A stretch of 64,000 nucleotides of DNA, from the IMG/VR virus record IMGVR_UViG_3300027747_002969, positions 1 through 64,000 of that record, one strand, 5' to 3'. The position numbers and the translations under genes were made by a program. The stretch comes from a virus. This document shows positions 10,904-20,564 of the stretch, in pieces (position 1 is the stretch's first letter; every line of letters begins with the position of its first letter). Below the pieces are notes generated by a model. It ran no database searches and was not told the origin of the DNA. It worked only from the letters and a program-made list of their open reading frames with translations.

Positions 10904-11522
10904 ACAGATCACAGGTATTGCACGCAGGTTGCAATATATTATAGCAGATGATTTGCTGGCCTATAGCATACCCACAGATGAATATGGCTGGGAAAATCAC
11001 AGATATGTCAGTCCAAAATTCCGTCTTGGCCATGTGGAACTGTTCCTGCAGGAAAATTTTGCTGTGGTACATGTGTGCGTTTTTCCGCATGAGACTGATC
11101 CAAGTCCCATATTTGGTTTTGATGTAATAGCAGGACGAGACAAAATCACCGGAGTATTTTTGGATCTCAGTCCTGTGCAAGAACCAGTAGTGCCTTTCAT
11201 TAAAATTGCTGTCGCCAGCAACAGAGAGCGTCCAGAATGGGGCGATATATTCAGTGACCATTGGTTAGCCTGCAGGCCCACAGCAGATGACATGACCAAA
11301 ATAGGTCTCGAGTCTGAACGGCTGTTGACTGAATATCTCAAAGCACTGGGCAAAAACGGCAATAGAGATTTGATTATTGCCAGACAGAATCGCTATTGTA
11401 CACAGCAACAGAAGAACCCACACACCAGGCGAGCTTTGGTGAAACTACTGGGAGACGCTGGGGCTGAACACTTCATGAGCACAATATTATTTCCCGAGAT
11501 ACCCACAACAGCACACAAATAA
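10890..11522 (+). CDS. Ferredoxin-dependent bilin reductase (PcyA/PcyX-like)
   Basis: PIFGFDVI, FLDLSP, RPEWGDIFS, QNRYC.QQQKNPHT. Confidence 0.85.
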   Translation: MNCIEQITGIARRLQYIIADDLLAYSIPTDEYGWENHRYVSPKFRLGHVELFLQENFAVVHVCVFPHETDPSPIFGFDVIAGRDKITGVFLDLSPVQEPVVPFIKIAVASNRERPEWGDIFSDHWLACRPTADDMTKIGLESERLLTEYLKALGKNGNRDLIIARQNRYCTQQQKNPHTRRALVKLLGDAGAEHFMSTILFPEIPTTAHK

Positions 11523-11609
11523 ACGGCACCTCACTCACATTTATTGCTCATTATATTCTCACAAAACAGCACAATCACACAAGATGACAGGATATCGCAG
11601 TATAGTGTC

Positions 11610-12060
11610 TGCGCGGGGAAGGGACGGTCGCCGTCAGGAACCCGAATAAACAGGTGCATCATCCGCCTGACCGGGAAGTATCGGCTGTCCTCGTGGTGAA
11701 AATATCTCCAGCCCGATCCCGGAATACTCAATCAAGATCAGGAATAGATTGTAAAATCATCGCCCCATGTGCTGCATGGGCTACAAATGGATCGCTCTAT
11801 CTACCATTGATAACGATCAAGAACGGCTGAGGTTGATCAGTATTCCTCTGCTGTTTTCCGCTGCTGGACTCTGTCCAGGATGTGCATGTAATGTTGGTAC
11901 CGGGCAACCGCCAACGATCGACAACGATCAAGCATGAAAACTGGTCTGTGGGGACTGCCTGTACGCAGAATTTTCTCACATACATTCTCCCTCGTTTAAA
12001 CGCGGGGGAGATATGGTCTATGGACCCAACCAACCGCAAATGTGTAGGGAAAGCAAAATT
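11610..12060 (+). ncRNA. Candidate large structured non-coding RNA of unknown class
   Basis: No convincing ORF. At least 9 helices with G-U pairs and a GNRA loop. Strand and ends are approximate. Confidence 0.5.
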
Positions 12061-12066
12061 AAGCCA

Positions 12067-12094
12067 TTGACTAGGGATAAAAACATGCTAAATT
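12067..12094 (+). promoter_or_regulatory. Sigma70-like promoter for the ligase
   Basis: TTGACT-N16-TAAATT with TGC just before the -10. Confidence 0.45.
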
Positions 12095-12120
12095 AAATGT
12101 AGTTTATAAGGACCTCTGAG

Positions 12121-13467
12121 ATGAAATCTGCAGCAGATGTTGTTATGGCCCTAGAGGCCAATAACAGCCGCATAGAAAAAGAACGCATCATCCAAACCGC
12201 TTGGGATAATCAGATATTGGAATTCTTTGAAGGGGCACAAATGGCCTATGATGCGCTGCGCACATACGGCGTTAAAAAAGTACCCCTGATAGATGCCCCT
12301 GAGGACAGCGACAATACTGATACTAGTTTTACTTGGTCACGCTTTAAATCAATCGCTGAGAAATTGGAAAATCGCACGCTCACCGGCAATCAAGCCAGAG
12401 AAGTACTGCGTGCTGCTGCTAACATTGCTCCGGTAAAAGAATGGAATTGCTTTTACCGCCGCGTGCTGTTGAAAGATCTCAAATGCGGCATTACAGAAAC
12501 CACCATCAACAAAATTTTGACCAAAAATAGTGATGCAGCAAATCGCTTTGCCATTCCGGTTTTTTCCTGCCAGTTGGCCAAGAACGGTGAAGATCATCCA
12601 AAAAAGATGAAAGGCCCAAAACTGCTGGACATCAAATTGGATGGAGTGAGGATTATTTCTGTTCTGGACAAGATCAAAAATACAGTCACCCAGTACAGCA
12701 GGGATGGACGTGTCAACGATAACTTCCCACAGATTGCAGAGTATTTGGCTAGGCTGCTGCCTGTAATCACTACCAGCATGGTGTTTGATGGTGAAATGGT
12801 CAGTAGAAATTTTCAAGCACTGATGAAACAGCTGAATCGCAAGGAAGATGTGGATACCAATGATGCCAAATTGGCACTGTTTGACTGCTTGCCTTTGACA
12901 GATTTCATCGCAGGGGAGTGCAGTTTAACGCAGACCCAACGTCATGCGGCCTTGGCTGAATTCATGCCTTGGCTGCGGGATAGTCATGGTAGTGTCTATG
13001 TAGTACCAAAACAACAGGTTGATCTCAACACTACGCAAGGGCAGGCTGAATTCCAGCAGTTCAACCGTGATGCGATTTCTGCAGGTTATGAAGGGGTTAT
13101 GATCAAGGACCCCGGTGCACCCTACAAGACCAAACGCACTGATGCATGGCTCAAGATCAAACCTTTTGTCACAGTTGATTTGGCCGTTGTTGCAGTTGAG
13201 TCCGGCAAACCAGAAAGCAAATTTGCTCATACCCTGGGAGGTTTGGTGTGTCAGGGTGAAGACCAAGGCAAGATCATCACAGTAACAGTGGGAGGCGGCT
13301 ATACAGAAGAACTGCGTGACCAAATCTGGGCTGAGAAAGACACAGTCATTGGCAGGATTGTTGAAATCAAAGGAGATGCAGTTACACAGAATCAAGATGG
13401 CACTTACAGCCTGAGATTTCCTGTATTCATGGGATTCCGCGGCACAACACCTGGAGAAAAATTATGA
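12121..13467 (+). CDS. lig: ATP-dependent DNA ligase
   Basis: KLDGVR adenylation motif, FDGEM, EGVMIK, WLKIK, SLRFPVF. Confidence 0.95.
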   Translation: MKSAADVVMALEANNSRIEKERIIQTAWDNQILEFFEGAQMAYDALRTYGVKKVPLIDAPEDSDNTDTSFTWSRFKSIAEKLENRTLTGNQAREVLRAAANIAPVKEWNCFYRRVLLKDLKCGITETTINKILTKNSDAANRFAIPVFSCQLAKNGEDHPKKMKGPKLLDIKLDGVRIISVLDKIKNTVTQYSRDGRVNDNFPQIAEYLARLLPVITTSMVFDGEMVSRNFQALMKQLNRKEDVDTNDAKLALFDCLPLTDFIAGECSLTQTQRHAALAEFMPWLRDSHGSVYVVPKQQVDLNTTQGQAEFQQFNRDAISAGYEGVMIKDPGAPYKTKRTDAWLKIKPFVTVDLAVVAVESGKPESKFAHTLGGLVCQGEDQGKIITVTVGGGYTEELRDQIWAEKDTVIGRIVEIKGDAVTQNQDGTYSLRFPVFMGFRGTTPGEKL

Positions 13468-13673
13468 GTGACACTGCTGCATGGGTCAATCAATTCACAG
13501 TTGATGAGCAAAAACTGGCGTTCACCTGCATTTATGACAGTTGTCTTGCCACCAGCAACATGGAGAATCAACTCTGTGCTGCAGCCATCTTGGATTCTAA
13601 GGTGCAGACCTATCTGCACCTTTTGGCCGAGTGTGGTTGGGATCCAGTCTGGGCTCAGTTGAAATCCGTATAA
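13464..13673 (+). CDS. Hypothetical protein
   Basis: ATGA overlap with the ligase stop; RBS ggag. Confidence 0.5.
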   Translation: MSDTAAWVNQFTVDEQKLAFTCIYDSCLATSNMENQLCAAAILDSKVQTYLHLLAECGWDPVWAQLKSV

Positions 13674-13696
13674 AGTTTTGATGTCTGATCAATTAT

Positions 13697-13969
13697 ATGA
13701 ACAGGACCAAACATAGTCTCAATGTTGCTAGATACATCATGGACTACTCTGTCGTGGTACCTGAAGAAAAACAGCAATATCTAGACAGGATGGTGTTTTG
13801 GCTTGTGGAAACCTTTGGCGAGCCTAGGCCAACTTGGGCTTTTGATGAATTTGAAACTAGATACCTAGATCATTTTGAGGGAGTGTGGGGACTATCTCAC
13901 GTACCACAACCTATATTTTGGTTTATTAAAAGACATGACTATGTTTTATTCACCTTGACATGGATGTGA
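13697..13969 (+). CDS. Hypothetical protein (C-terminal DxxxFxLxW type)
   Basis: ORF in the operon; ends DYVLFTLTW. Confidence 0.6.
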   Translation: MNRTKHSLNVARYIMDYSVVVPEEKQQYLDRMVFWLVETFGEPRPTWAFDEFETRYLDHFEGVWGLSHVPQPIFWFIKRHDYVLFTLTWM

Positions 13970-13989
13970 AACTCTGCTAGGATAAGATC

Positions 13990-14313
13990 ATGGGAAAATT
14001 TTTCTTGCTTGACAGTGACAGACTATCAGAATACGACATACCCAAGAGATTGATAAAGTATGATAGGAGATTTGGCACTCCATGGCCAAATCAACTGTTT
14101 CCATTCAGTTTGGGTTTTGACTATTGGCATTGCTTGTCAGCTGATACTGACATGCTGGTCAAATTGCGTAGATTTGTCGAACAGCGGTGTCTAGGCGATG
14201 TTGCTGTTGAAATTGTTGACCGTGGTTACGTAAACCAAACCCAGCTGTGGTTTGAACATGAAAACGACATGCTGTTGACTCAACTAACTTGGAATGAATG
14301 GATTGTGATTTGA
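13990..14313 (+). CDS. Hypothetical protein (C-terminal DxxxFxLxW type)
   Basis: Ends WFEHENDMLLTQLTW. Confidence 0.6.
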   Translation: MGKFFLLDSDRLSEYDIPKRLIKYDRRFGTPWPNQLFPFSLGFDYWHCLSADTDMLVKLRRFVEQRCLGDVAVEIVDRGYVNQTQLWFEHENDMLLTQLTWNEWIVI

Positions 14314-15344
14314 CACACAAGCGTTTGGGTTTTTGTTGCAAATGGCTGGATGATCCCAGCGAAACCATCAACATGAAGGTTAATGCGCGAAACAGGGAGT
14401 TGAACACCAGTACCACAACTGTGGCCTGGTTGAATCGACAGGTTCGTGCAGTAGCTGAACAGAGACTTTGGGATCTCATGGAACACAACATACGCTCTGC
14501 GCAGTTGTTGGTTGCTAAAGTTGGCCAACTGCCTGCAGAACAGCGCATGTGTCGATTGAGCAGTGATATTTTACCCGTTTATACTGAAGCCACCTGGAGA
14601 TATTTTTGGCAACGTGCAGATGTTCGTGATTATTGTGCACGAGAATTTGCCAAGGTTGGTGCCACTGCTCGTAATTTAGACGTGCGACTGAGCATGCATC
14701 CGGGTCAGTTTGTCTGTTTGGCTAGTGAAAATCCAGATATTGTACAGCGTTCTATAGAAGAATTTGAATATCATGTTGATATGGCTCGGTGGGCTGGTTT
14801 TGGTAAAACAAAGAATGATTTCAAAATCAACGTGCATATTGCCGGAAGGCAAGGACCGGATGGAATCCGCAAAGCACTACGGAGATTATCCCCGGAAGCA
14901 CGCAACTGCATTACTATTGAAAATGACGAAAATTCATGGGGCTTAGAAGATGTTTTGTATCTGGAAAAGGATTGTTCACTAGTATTAGATTTACATCATC
15001 ATTTTATCAAAACAGGCGAATACATCAAACCAACTGATGATAGATACCAGAGAGTAATTGCAAGTTGGCCAGGGGCGCGGCCAGTTATACATTACTCTTA
15101 TAGTCGCAACGAGCATTTACCAAGTGGTTTCTCCCACACAAGTATGCCAGACATGACAAAATTGCTCGCCGGTGGATGTAAAAAACAGAAACTCAGAGCT
15201 CACAGCGATTTTTATCCAAACCGTGTTGTGAATGAATGGGCGTTGTCTTTTCTCAAAACTGCCGATATCATGTGCGAATCTAAATCAAAGAACCTTGCCA
15301 GTTTTGCACTGGCCGAACAAGCAAAGATCCTTGGGTTAGTTTAG
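14298..15344 (+). CDS. uvsE: UV DNA damage endonuclease
   Basis: RLSSDILP, RLSMHPGQF, TIENDE, LDLHHH, RAHSD, DIMCESK. Confidence 0.92.
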   Translation: MDCDLTHKRLGFCCKWLDDPSETINMKVNARNRELNTSTTTVAWLNRQVRAVAEQRLWDLMEHNIRSAQLLVAKVGQLPAEQRMCRLSSDILPVYTEATWRYFWQRADVRDYCAREFAKVGATARNLDVRLSMHPGQFVCLASENPDIVQRSIEEFEYHVDMARWAGFGKTKNDFKINVHIAGRQGPDGIRKALRRLSPEARNCITIENDENSWGLEDVLYLEKDCSLVLDLHHHFIKTGEYIKPTDDRYQRVIASWPGARPVIHYSYSRNEHLPSGFSHTSMPDMTKLLAGGCKKQKLRAHSDFYPNRVVNEWALSFLKTADIMCESKSKNLASFALAEQAKILGLV

Positions 15345-15480
15345 GACGGTTGTAGCTAGGGATTTAACCAATGTCAGAGTGTATGCAAATGCTTGTAGAA
15401 CTGCAGGCCACTCTGTCATTCTGACTTTTTGTCAGCAGCTGCCGCAGCCGCTAAATACATGGTAGTTTACGGAGCAGGCA

Positions 15481-16428
15481 ATGAATGTCAATCATCTAAA
15501 TCCAAAAATGATAGCCATATTAACACCTAATCATGGTGTAGACATGGATGCAACAATTCAAGTTGGACCTAAGATAGCTCAGCATCTCAATGCACTGTCG
15601 CAACTTTGTTCACACATTGCCAACAGCGATAATCTTCAACATCAGATTGAGGAATTGAAAAACCTTGCAGCCACCTATGTACCTATCAACAACATGTTGG
15701 AACGCAGTCCAGTGGCGGAGGATGTTGTCTATCGCAGAGATCGTCAAGATCCCATGAACAACAGTGAGATACTGATTCTTGGGGGCGCCGAACGATACAC
15801 CATGTCTGCACTGCGTACAAAAGCAGCACGGGAATCTGCCAATCTTGCAGATATGCTGAGTAATGATCCAGTCGACTATCACAGTGCGGCTGATTCAGTC
15901 AAGCAATTGGCCAACACAGTCAATACTATGGTAGCAGCACTTAAAGAATTGTCTAGAAAGAGTCGTATTAGCCGAGCTGACCTAGATGAACAACAGGTCG
16001 AACATGAAGCGTTGAAAGCAGTTGGAGATCTACGCAGTGCACTGATAAAATATGGACGAACTGGTAAGAAGATATCAGACGAGGTTGTCAACAAAATCAT
16101 GCATGACATATTGGCCAAAACACGTCGCACTGATATGAACAGTCTTATGCAGGCATGGAAAAGCAGCCAAGGTGGTTTGACGCCGCTGCAGTGGGCACAA
16201 CAAAGCACAGATATACATGATCGCAACATTCGAAACACCGCAACAACTGCTGCGATTGATGAAAGTCTCACGGCCTTGCATGTTTTAGAGATGTACGAAA
16301 CTATGAGAGTTGGTATGGGAGATCGCTCTTGGGTGGCCATTTCCAAACGACTGCGTGCAGAAGGCTATGATCTCCAATTGATAGAAGATGTAATTGATCG
16401 TGCGATAATTCTATCACAAGATGTTTGA
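15481..16428 (+). CDS. Hypothetical helical protein (late gene, possibly virion)
   Basis: TAAATA at 15452 and RBS ggag; long ORF. Confidence 0.6.
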   Translation: MNVNHLNPKMIAILTPNHGVDMDATIQVGPKIAQHLNALSQLCSHIANSDNLQHQIEELKNLAATYVPINNMLERSPVAEDVVYRRDRQDPMNNSEILILGGAERYTMSALRTKAARESANLADMLSNDPVDYHSAADSVKQLANTVNTMVAALKELSRKSRISRADLDEQQVEHEALKAVGDLRSALIKYGRTGKKISDEVVNKIMHDILAKTRRTDMNSLMQAWKSSQGGLTPLQWAQQSTDIHDRNIRNTATTAAIDESLTALHVLEMYETMRVGMGDRSWVAISKRLRAEGYDLQLIEDVIDRAIILSQDV

Positions 16429-16498
16429 TGATCTAAATGACCACTGCAAATGGGGAATAAGATAAATAACATTTGTAATTACTGCAAAGGTTAATATC

Positions 16499-16846
16499 GT
16501 GCGAGCAAGAGAAATCTTTGAACATCGTGGTGATGCTGACGTGCCGGATACCAGTAGAGAAGCCATGCCAAATGGCACACTGGTCCCCGACCTTGACAGC
16601 GACTACGAATTCTATCGGCTGTTGACCGCTCTGGCTGGTGTTCCAGAAAATCCCAATATTCCTCTTAACAGCGTGATGAAAGACAAACCTCTGGTAGTTC
16701 CCTATACTGAGATCGAACATCAGCAGGTTTTAAAAATGCTGAAAAGAATGAAACGCAACAATGATACATTGACCAAAGCCCCTAGCGGTGAGGCAGATTG
16801 GGTACATAAAATCAGTCCAGTAAGAAAATTCAAGGATCACCACTGA
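16499..16846 (+). CDS. Hypothetical protein with capsid-targeting-like N-terminus
   Basis: Begins MRAREIFE; TAAATA at 16463. Confidence 0.6.
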   Translation: MRAREIFEHRGDADVPDTSREAMPNGTLVPDLDSDYEFYRLLTALAGVPENPNIPLNSVMKDKPLVVPYTEIEHQQVLKMLKRMKRNNDTLTKAPSGEADWVHKISPVRKFKDHH

Positions 16847-17841
16847 TGAAAATAATAGACCTATTAGAAAAAAATACCAATCCAATTGAACTGCGCAGAC
16901 TCAGAGAAGGCGGTAATGTGTTTGCTGGCCGTACTGCTGCTATCAAATTGGATGATATTACTCCTACTCTTGACGCGTATTTTGCTGAGTTACAGCGGGT
17001 ATTTCCCAACAAGGCAGATATCTTCAATGAGGAACATTTTAATCCTGTTGGTAGTGTTCGAAAAAAGCTAGAATCGGGTGACATTGACCTAGCAGTAAGT
17101 GCACTTGACATACTTGATGAAAAAATGAGCGATGCGAGTATTGCAGAGTGGGGTCTAGATCCAACAGCAGTTGCTACAGAAGCAGCAGCATTGCAAAAAC
17201 GTGCTAGAACCAGCACACCAGAACAGAGCAGGATGAAAGCTTTTCTCAAATTGCTAGCAGTTTATATCAATAGTCATGCGCCAAAACTGCATTGTGATGA
17301 GAAAAAAGTCACAGACGGCAACTTGTTTGGCCTATATCCTCAAATCAACACCGATGGTGAAGAAGTTGGCGTAGGTGTACAGATAGATTGGATGGTAGGC
17401 AACCTCAAATGGTTGAAATTTTCCTATTATTCGTCAGCGACCCCTGCTGGTTCAAACGTCAAAGGACTTCATCGTACACAATTGATGTTGGCTGCTTTTC
17501 AAGTTGCCGACCTTTCTTTCAACCATATCAATGGTGTCAAAGACAAGGCCACTGGGGAAATTATCAGCAGAGATCCAGATGAAGCATTGACTATACTAGG
17601 AGACAGACTGGGCTTCCGTATCACTCCCAGCGATGCTGAAAACTATTTTAAACTTCTCGATCTATTCAAGAACAAGATGAGGCCAGATGACTATAATCAG
17701 TTATTGGATGTTTATTTCAAGATTTTAGACAGCACGCGAGCAGATATTCCAGATAACCTTCAGGATCAATGGCGTGATCGCAGGGATAGACTAGGGCTAA
17801 CAGGCAAATTTCTGCCAGACACCTCCAAACTCAAGGACTAG
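16846..17841 (+). CDS. Pol-beta superfamily nucleotidyltransferase-like protein
   Basis: GS-x7-GDIDLAV motif and a third Asp in VQIDWM; N-terminus MKIIDLLE...LREGGNVF. Confidence 0.65.
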   Translation: MKIIDLLEKNTNPIELRRLREGGNVFAGRTAAIKLDDITPTLDAYFAELQRVFPNKADIFNEEHFNPVGSVRKKLESGDIDLAVSALDILDEKMSDASIAEWGLDPTAVATEAAALQKRARTSTPEQSRMKAFLKLLAVYINSHAPKLHCDEKKVTDGNLFGLYPQINTDGEEVGVGVQIDWMVGNLKWLKFSYYSSATPAGSNVKGLHRTQLMLAAFQVADLSFNHINGVKDKATGEIISRDPDEALTILGDRLGFRITPSDAENYFKLLDLFKNKMRPDDYNQLLDVYFKILDSTRADIPDNLQDQWRDRRDRLGLTGKFLPDTSKLKD

Positions 17842-17843
17842 TT

Positions 17844-19388
17844 ATGATAGACGAAAGCGGTGTAGCAGGTGCAGATCGCATCAAAAGTCGAGCAGATTTT
17901 GCACACTTCATGGAGGATTATCGCAAGCTGATCAGCCAATACCCTGGGTTTGTCAGCATGCAGCCCAGCGGCAGTTATAACAGCGATCCCAGCAAGCAGG
18001 ATTTTGGTGACATTGATCTCATTGTGCATATCGAATCATCCAAAACTAAACCTGAACTCAAAAAAGATCTAGTGAATTGGTTTACAAAACAGCCTGACAC
18101 AGTTATAGTACCGTTTTCAAATCCCAAATATGTTGGCAAGCGCACCTACAACAGCGGTGAGATTGTGTCTGTGCGTTATCACGATGCAGATCTCGGCTAT
18201 TCTGCACAGATCGACAACATTATAGCACTGGATTCAACTGAAGCAGAGTTCAAACAGGGCTTTCTAGATTATCCGGCAGCCACTCAAGGATTGATACTGG
18301 GTTTGGTCAAGATTGCTGCCATAGAAACTGAACCTGCAGACTTGTTTAAATCTCTAGGAATTGACATCAAACGACTTGATCCCCAAGGTCTTGGTCCAGA
18401 TCAAGAGTATGAATTCAATCTCAGCAGTAATGAATTGCAACTACGCAAGGTCACTTATCAGCCGGGTACATTTACCACTGCTGATAAGATAGTTTTGTGG
18501 AGTTCTCGCAATATAAAAGATCTCCAGACCCTGTTGTGGCAGTATGATCTTAAAGACAATTTTCCTGGACTTTTGAAACAGGCCAAAAGCAAGATACGTA
18601 ATCCTCGCAGTAATCGCAGGATGGAAGGTGTATTTTCCAGCATGGTCAGTGTGAAATCTGGTGAAGTTGGCACTGCAAAAGGTCAGCAAAAGACCTCCGC
18701 ACTTGATGCGGTAAAGTCAGCATTTGCCGAACACAAGATACCTACCCTCAAAGAATACTTTGATTTTATTACTGCGGGACAAAAACTTCTAATAGAAGCA
18801 GAACAGGGCAAGACTATAGTTATCTTTTCTGGCAGATTCCAACCTTTTCATCAGGGACATGCAGAAACCTACAGGGAACTACAGCAGAAATGGCCAGATG
18901 CCGACGTTTGGATCGCTACCACTGGCAAGACAGGTCCTGACAGCCCGTTCAATTTTGCTGAACGCAAAAGTCTTGCTGAACTGCAGGGGATTCCTGCCAA
19001 CAGAATTGCCGAAGTAAAAAGCCCATATCAGGCCACAGAAATACTAGCCCATTACGATCCCACAGTTGATCATGTGATTTATGCTGTAAGTGCCAAAGAT
19101 GCAGATAGATTAAAAGGTGGGTTGAAGAAGGACGGCACTCCTGCTTATCTACAGCCCTATCATCCGGGCGAACCAATGGCACCATTTGACTTAAAATCTG
19201 GACATGCATATGTTACCATAACACCTGTGGTGCAGTTCACTGTTGCTGGACAAGACATCATCAGTGCTACCGACATACGCAACATGCTGTCGCATAATGA
19301 CGCACAATTGCAACGTCAAGTTCTGCAGGATCTCTATGGAAAAAATGCCGCTGCTGCGGCAAAGATAGTTTTGCCACACTTCAAGTGA
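17844..19388 (+). CDS. Fusion of a pol-beta-like nucleotidyltransferase and a HIGH-family (NMNAT/cytidylyltransferase-like) domain
   Basis: GSY...GDIDLIV and QID in the N-half; GRFQPFHQGH and ISATDIR in the C-half. Confidence 0.7.
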   Translation: MIDESGVAGADRIKSRADFAHFMEDYRKLISQYPGFVSMQPSGSYNSDPSKQDFGDIDLIVHIESSKTKPELKKDLVNWFTKQPDTVIVPFSNPKYVGKRTYNSGEIVSVRYHDADLGYSAQIDNIIALDSTEAEFKQGFLDYPAATQGLILGLVKIAAIETEPADLFKSLGIDIKRLDPQGLGPDQEYEFNLSSNELQLRKVTYQPGTFTTADKIVLWSSRNIKDLQTLLWQYDLKDNFPGLLKQAKSKIRNPRSNRRMEGVFSSMVSVKSGEVGTAKGQQKTSALDAVKSAFAEHKIPTLKEYFDFITAGQKLLIEAEQGKTIVIFSGRFQPFHQGHAETYRELQQKWPDADVWIATTGKTGPDSPFNFAERKSLAELQGIPANRIAEVKSPYQATEILAHYDPTVDHVIYAVSAKDADRLKGGLKKDGTPAYLQPYHPGEPMAPFDLKSGHAYVTITPVVQFTVAGQDIISATDIRNMLSHNDAQLQRQVLQDLYGKNAAAAAKIVLPHFK

Positions 19389-19400
19389 GATTGCTGTTGC

Positions 19401-20465
19401 CTATGTTGTTTTTGGTTTTGTCTGACGCGATGTTTTTTGTAGATAATCGGCCTGCTGTTGTTGATTATCTAGCCAGGTAATATTACGTTGCGTGTTCCAA
19501 GCAGTTTCGCCGCGAGCATGCAAAATGCCACTGTCTTGGCGATCACCGATATATCTCATCAGTAGAAATGGTTCATATTCACCTTGAGGAATTTGGCCAT
19601 TTATCCATTTTTTATCAGCGTCTAAGGTATAGATATCGTTTTTTTCATGTTTGATAAACGGTATACCGTATAATATCATGTTGACATTTGAAACTCCGTA
19701 GTTTTGTCCAAAGTTTTTGCCAAACAATATCTTTTCTTTGATCTCATAGGGTACTGCTGCAGTGCTTAAACCAAACGATTGACCAGGAGACAAGGTGGGT
19801 TTACCTGTTGATGCTGAAGTTGTAACATCTTTTATCCTGTTTATCCATGCTGTTATGTCTGGGTTGCCTGATAGATGCTGCCAGCCTCCCCATTTAAAAT
19901 CTTTACCTGCTTTGAGACTGATCCAACCGACTGGCTGTTGGTACTCGTCTAAAATAGTCATATCGCTTTTCATAACTCCGGGTGTCTTTATGACCGATGC
20001 TGCGTGTACCATTACAGGATCGGCTGTGGTACCAAGATTGAGCCAAATGTAATCTCTATCATTTAACAAGGTCTTCAACTGTAATTCTACACTGGCCTTT
20101 TGCATTTGCTCTAGTTTTTCTCTGGATCCAGATTCTTCTCCGCCGAATTCGGCTGTTTTGACGATGTCACTGAGTTTAATACGAGATGGTGTAGATTGGT
20201 TATCATCTGTCTCAAGGTTGATCCAAATGGTTTTGCTGTCAGAAGGTTCATTGAATTCCTTTTCCAGCCGATCTGCTTCGTTGGGATCTATAATCACCTG
20301 TTGCTGACCTTGATGAGTCTTGATGGTAAATGGAGATCGGTTGCGAACCTTGTCCAAAAATATTGTTATTCTATCTTTGGGCGTGCCGATATATTTGCGC
20401 ATGCCCGCAATATTCATCTGTTTTTCATCGATCTTGCGATGGATTAAGATTTCACCTATTTTCAT
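19401..20465 (-). CDS. Hypothetical protein, possible PD-(D/E)xK nuclease
   Basis: KSD...ISLK spacing; begins MKIGEIL; TAAATA 5 nt before the ATG. Confidence 0.5.
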   Translation of the reverse strand: MKIGEILIHRKIDEKQMNIAGMRKYIGTPKDRITIFLDKVRNRSPFTIKTHQGQQQVIIDPNEADRLEKEFNEPSDSKTIWINLETDDNQSTPSRIKLSDIVKTAEFGGEESGSREKLEQMQKASVELQLKTLLNDRDYIWLNLGTTADPVMVHAASVIKTPGVMKSDMTILDEYQQPVGWISLKAGKDFKWGGWQHLSGNPDITAWINRIKDVTTSASTGKPTLSPGQSFGLSTAAVPYEIKEKILFGKNFGQNYGVSNVNMILYGIPFIKHEKNDIYTLDADKKWINGQIPQGEYEPFLLMRYIGDRQDSGILHARGETAWNTQRNITWLDNQQQQADYLQKTSRQTKPKTT

Positions 20466-20564
20466 ACTGTTATTTATTCTTCGTGCGGAGATGACTGCAA
20501 CAGCTTGTTCCGCGGTAGTTCACCAACACTCTGTTAAATAAGAGATAGATACAGGATCAATCAC

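Noticed and set aside
11610-12060. RNase P RNA or tmRNA identity (GGACGGTCGCC and CAACCGCC resemble RNase P segments)
   Set aside because: No GAGGAAAGUCC / ACAGAA..CGGCUUA P4 pair and no tRNA-like CCA end, so it is left unclassified. The short ORFs in this tract look spurious.
15345-15480. Possible tRNA in an intergenic gap
   Set aside because: No T-loop GTTCRA or cloverleaf; no tRNA was recognised anywhere in the window
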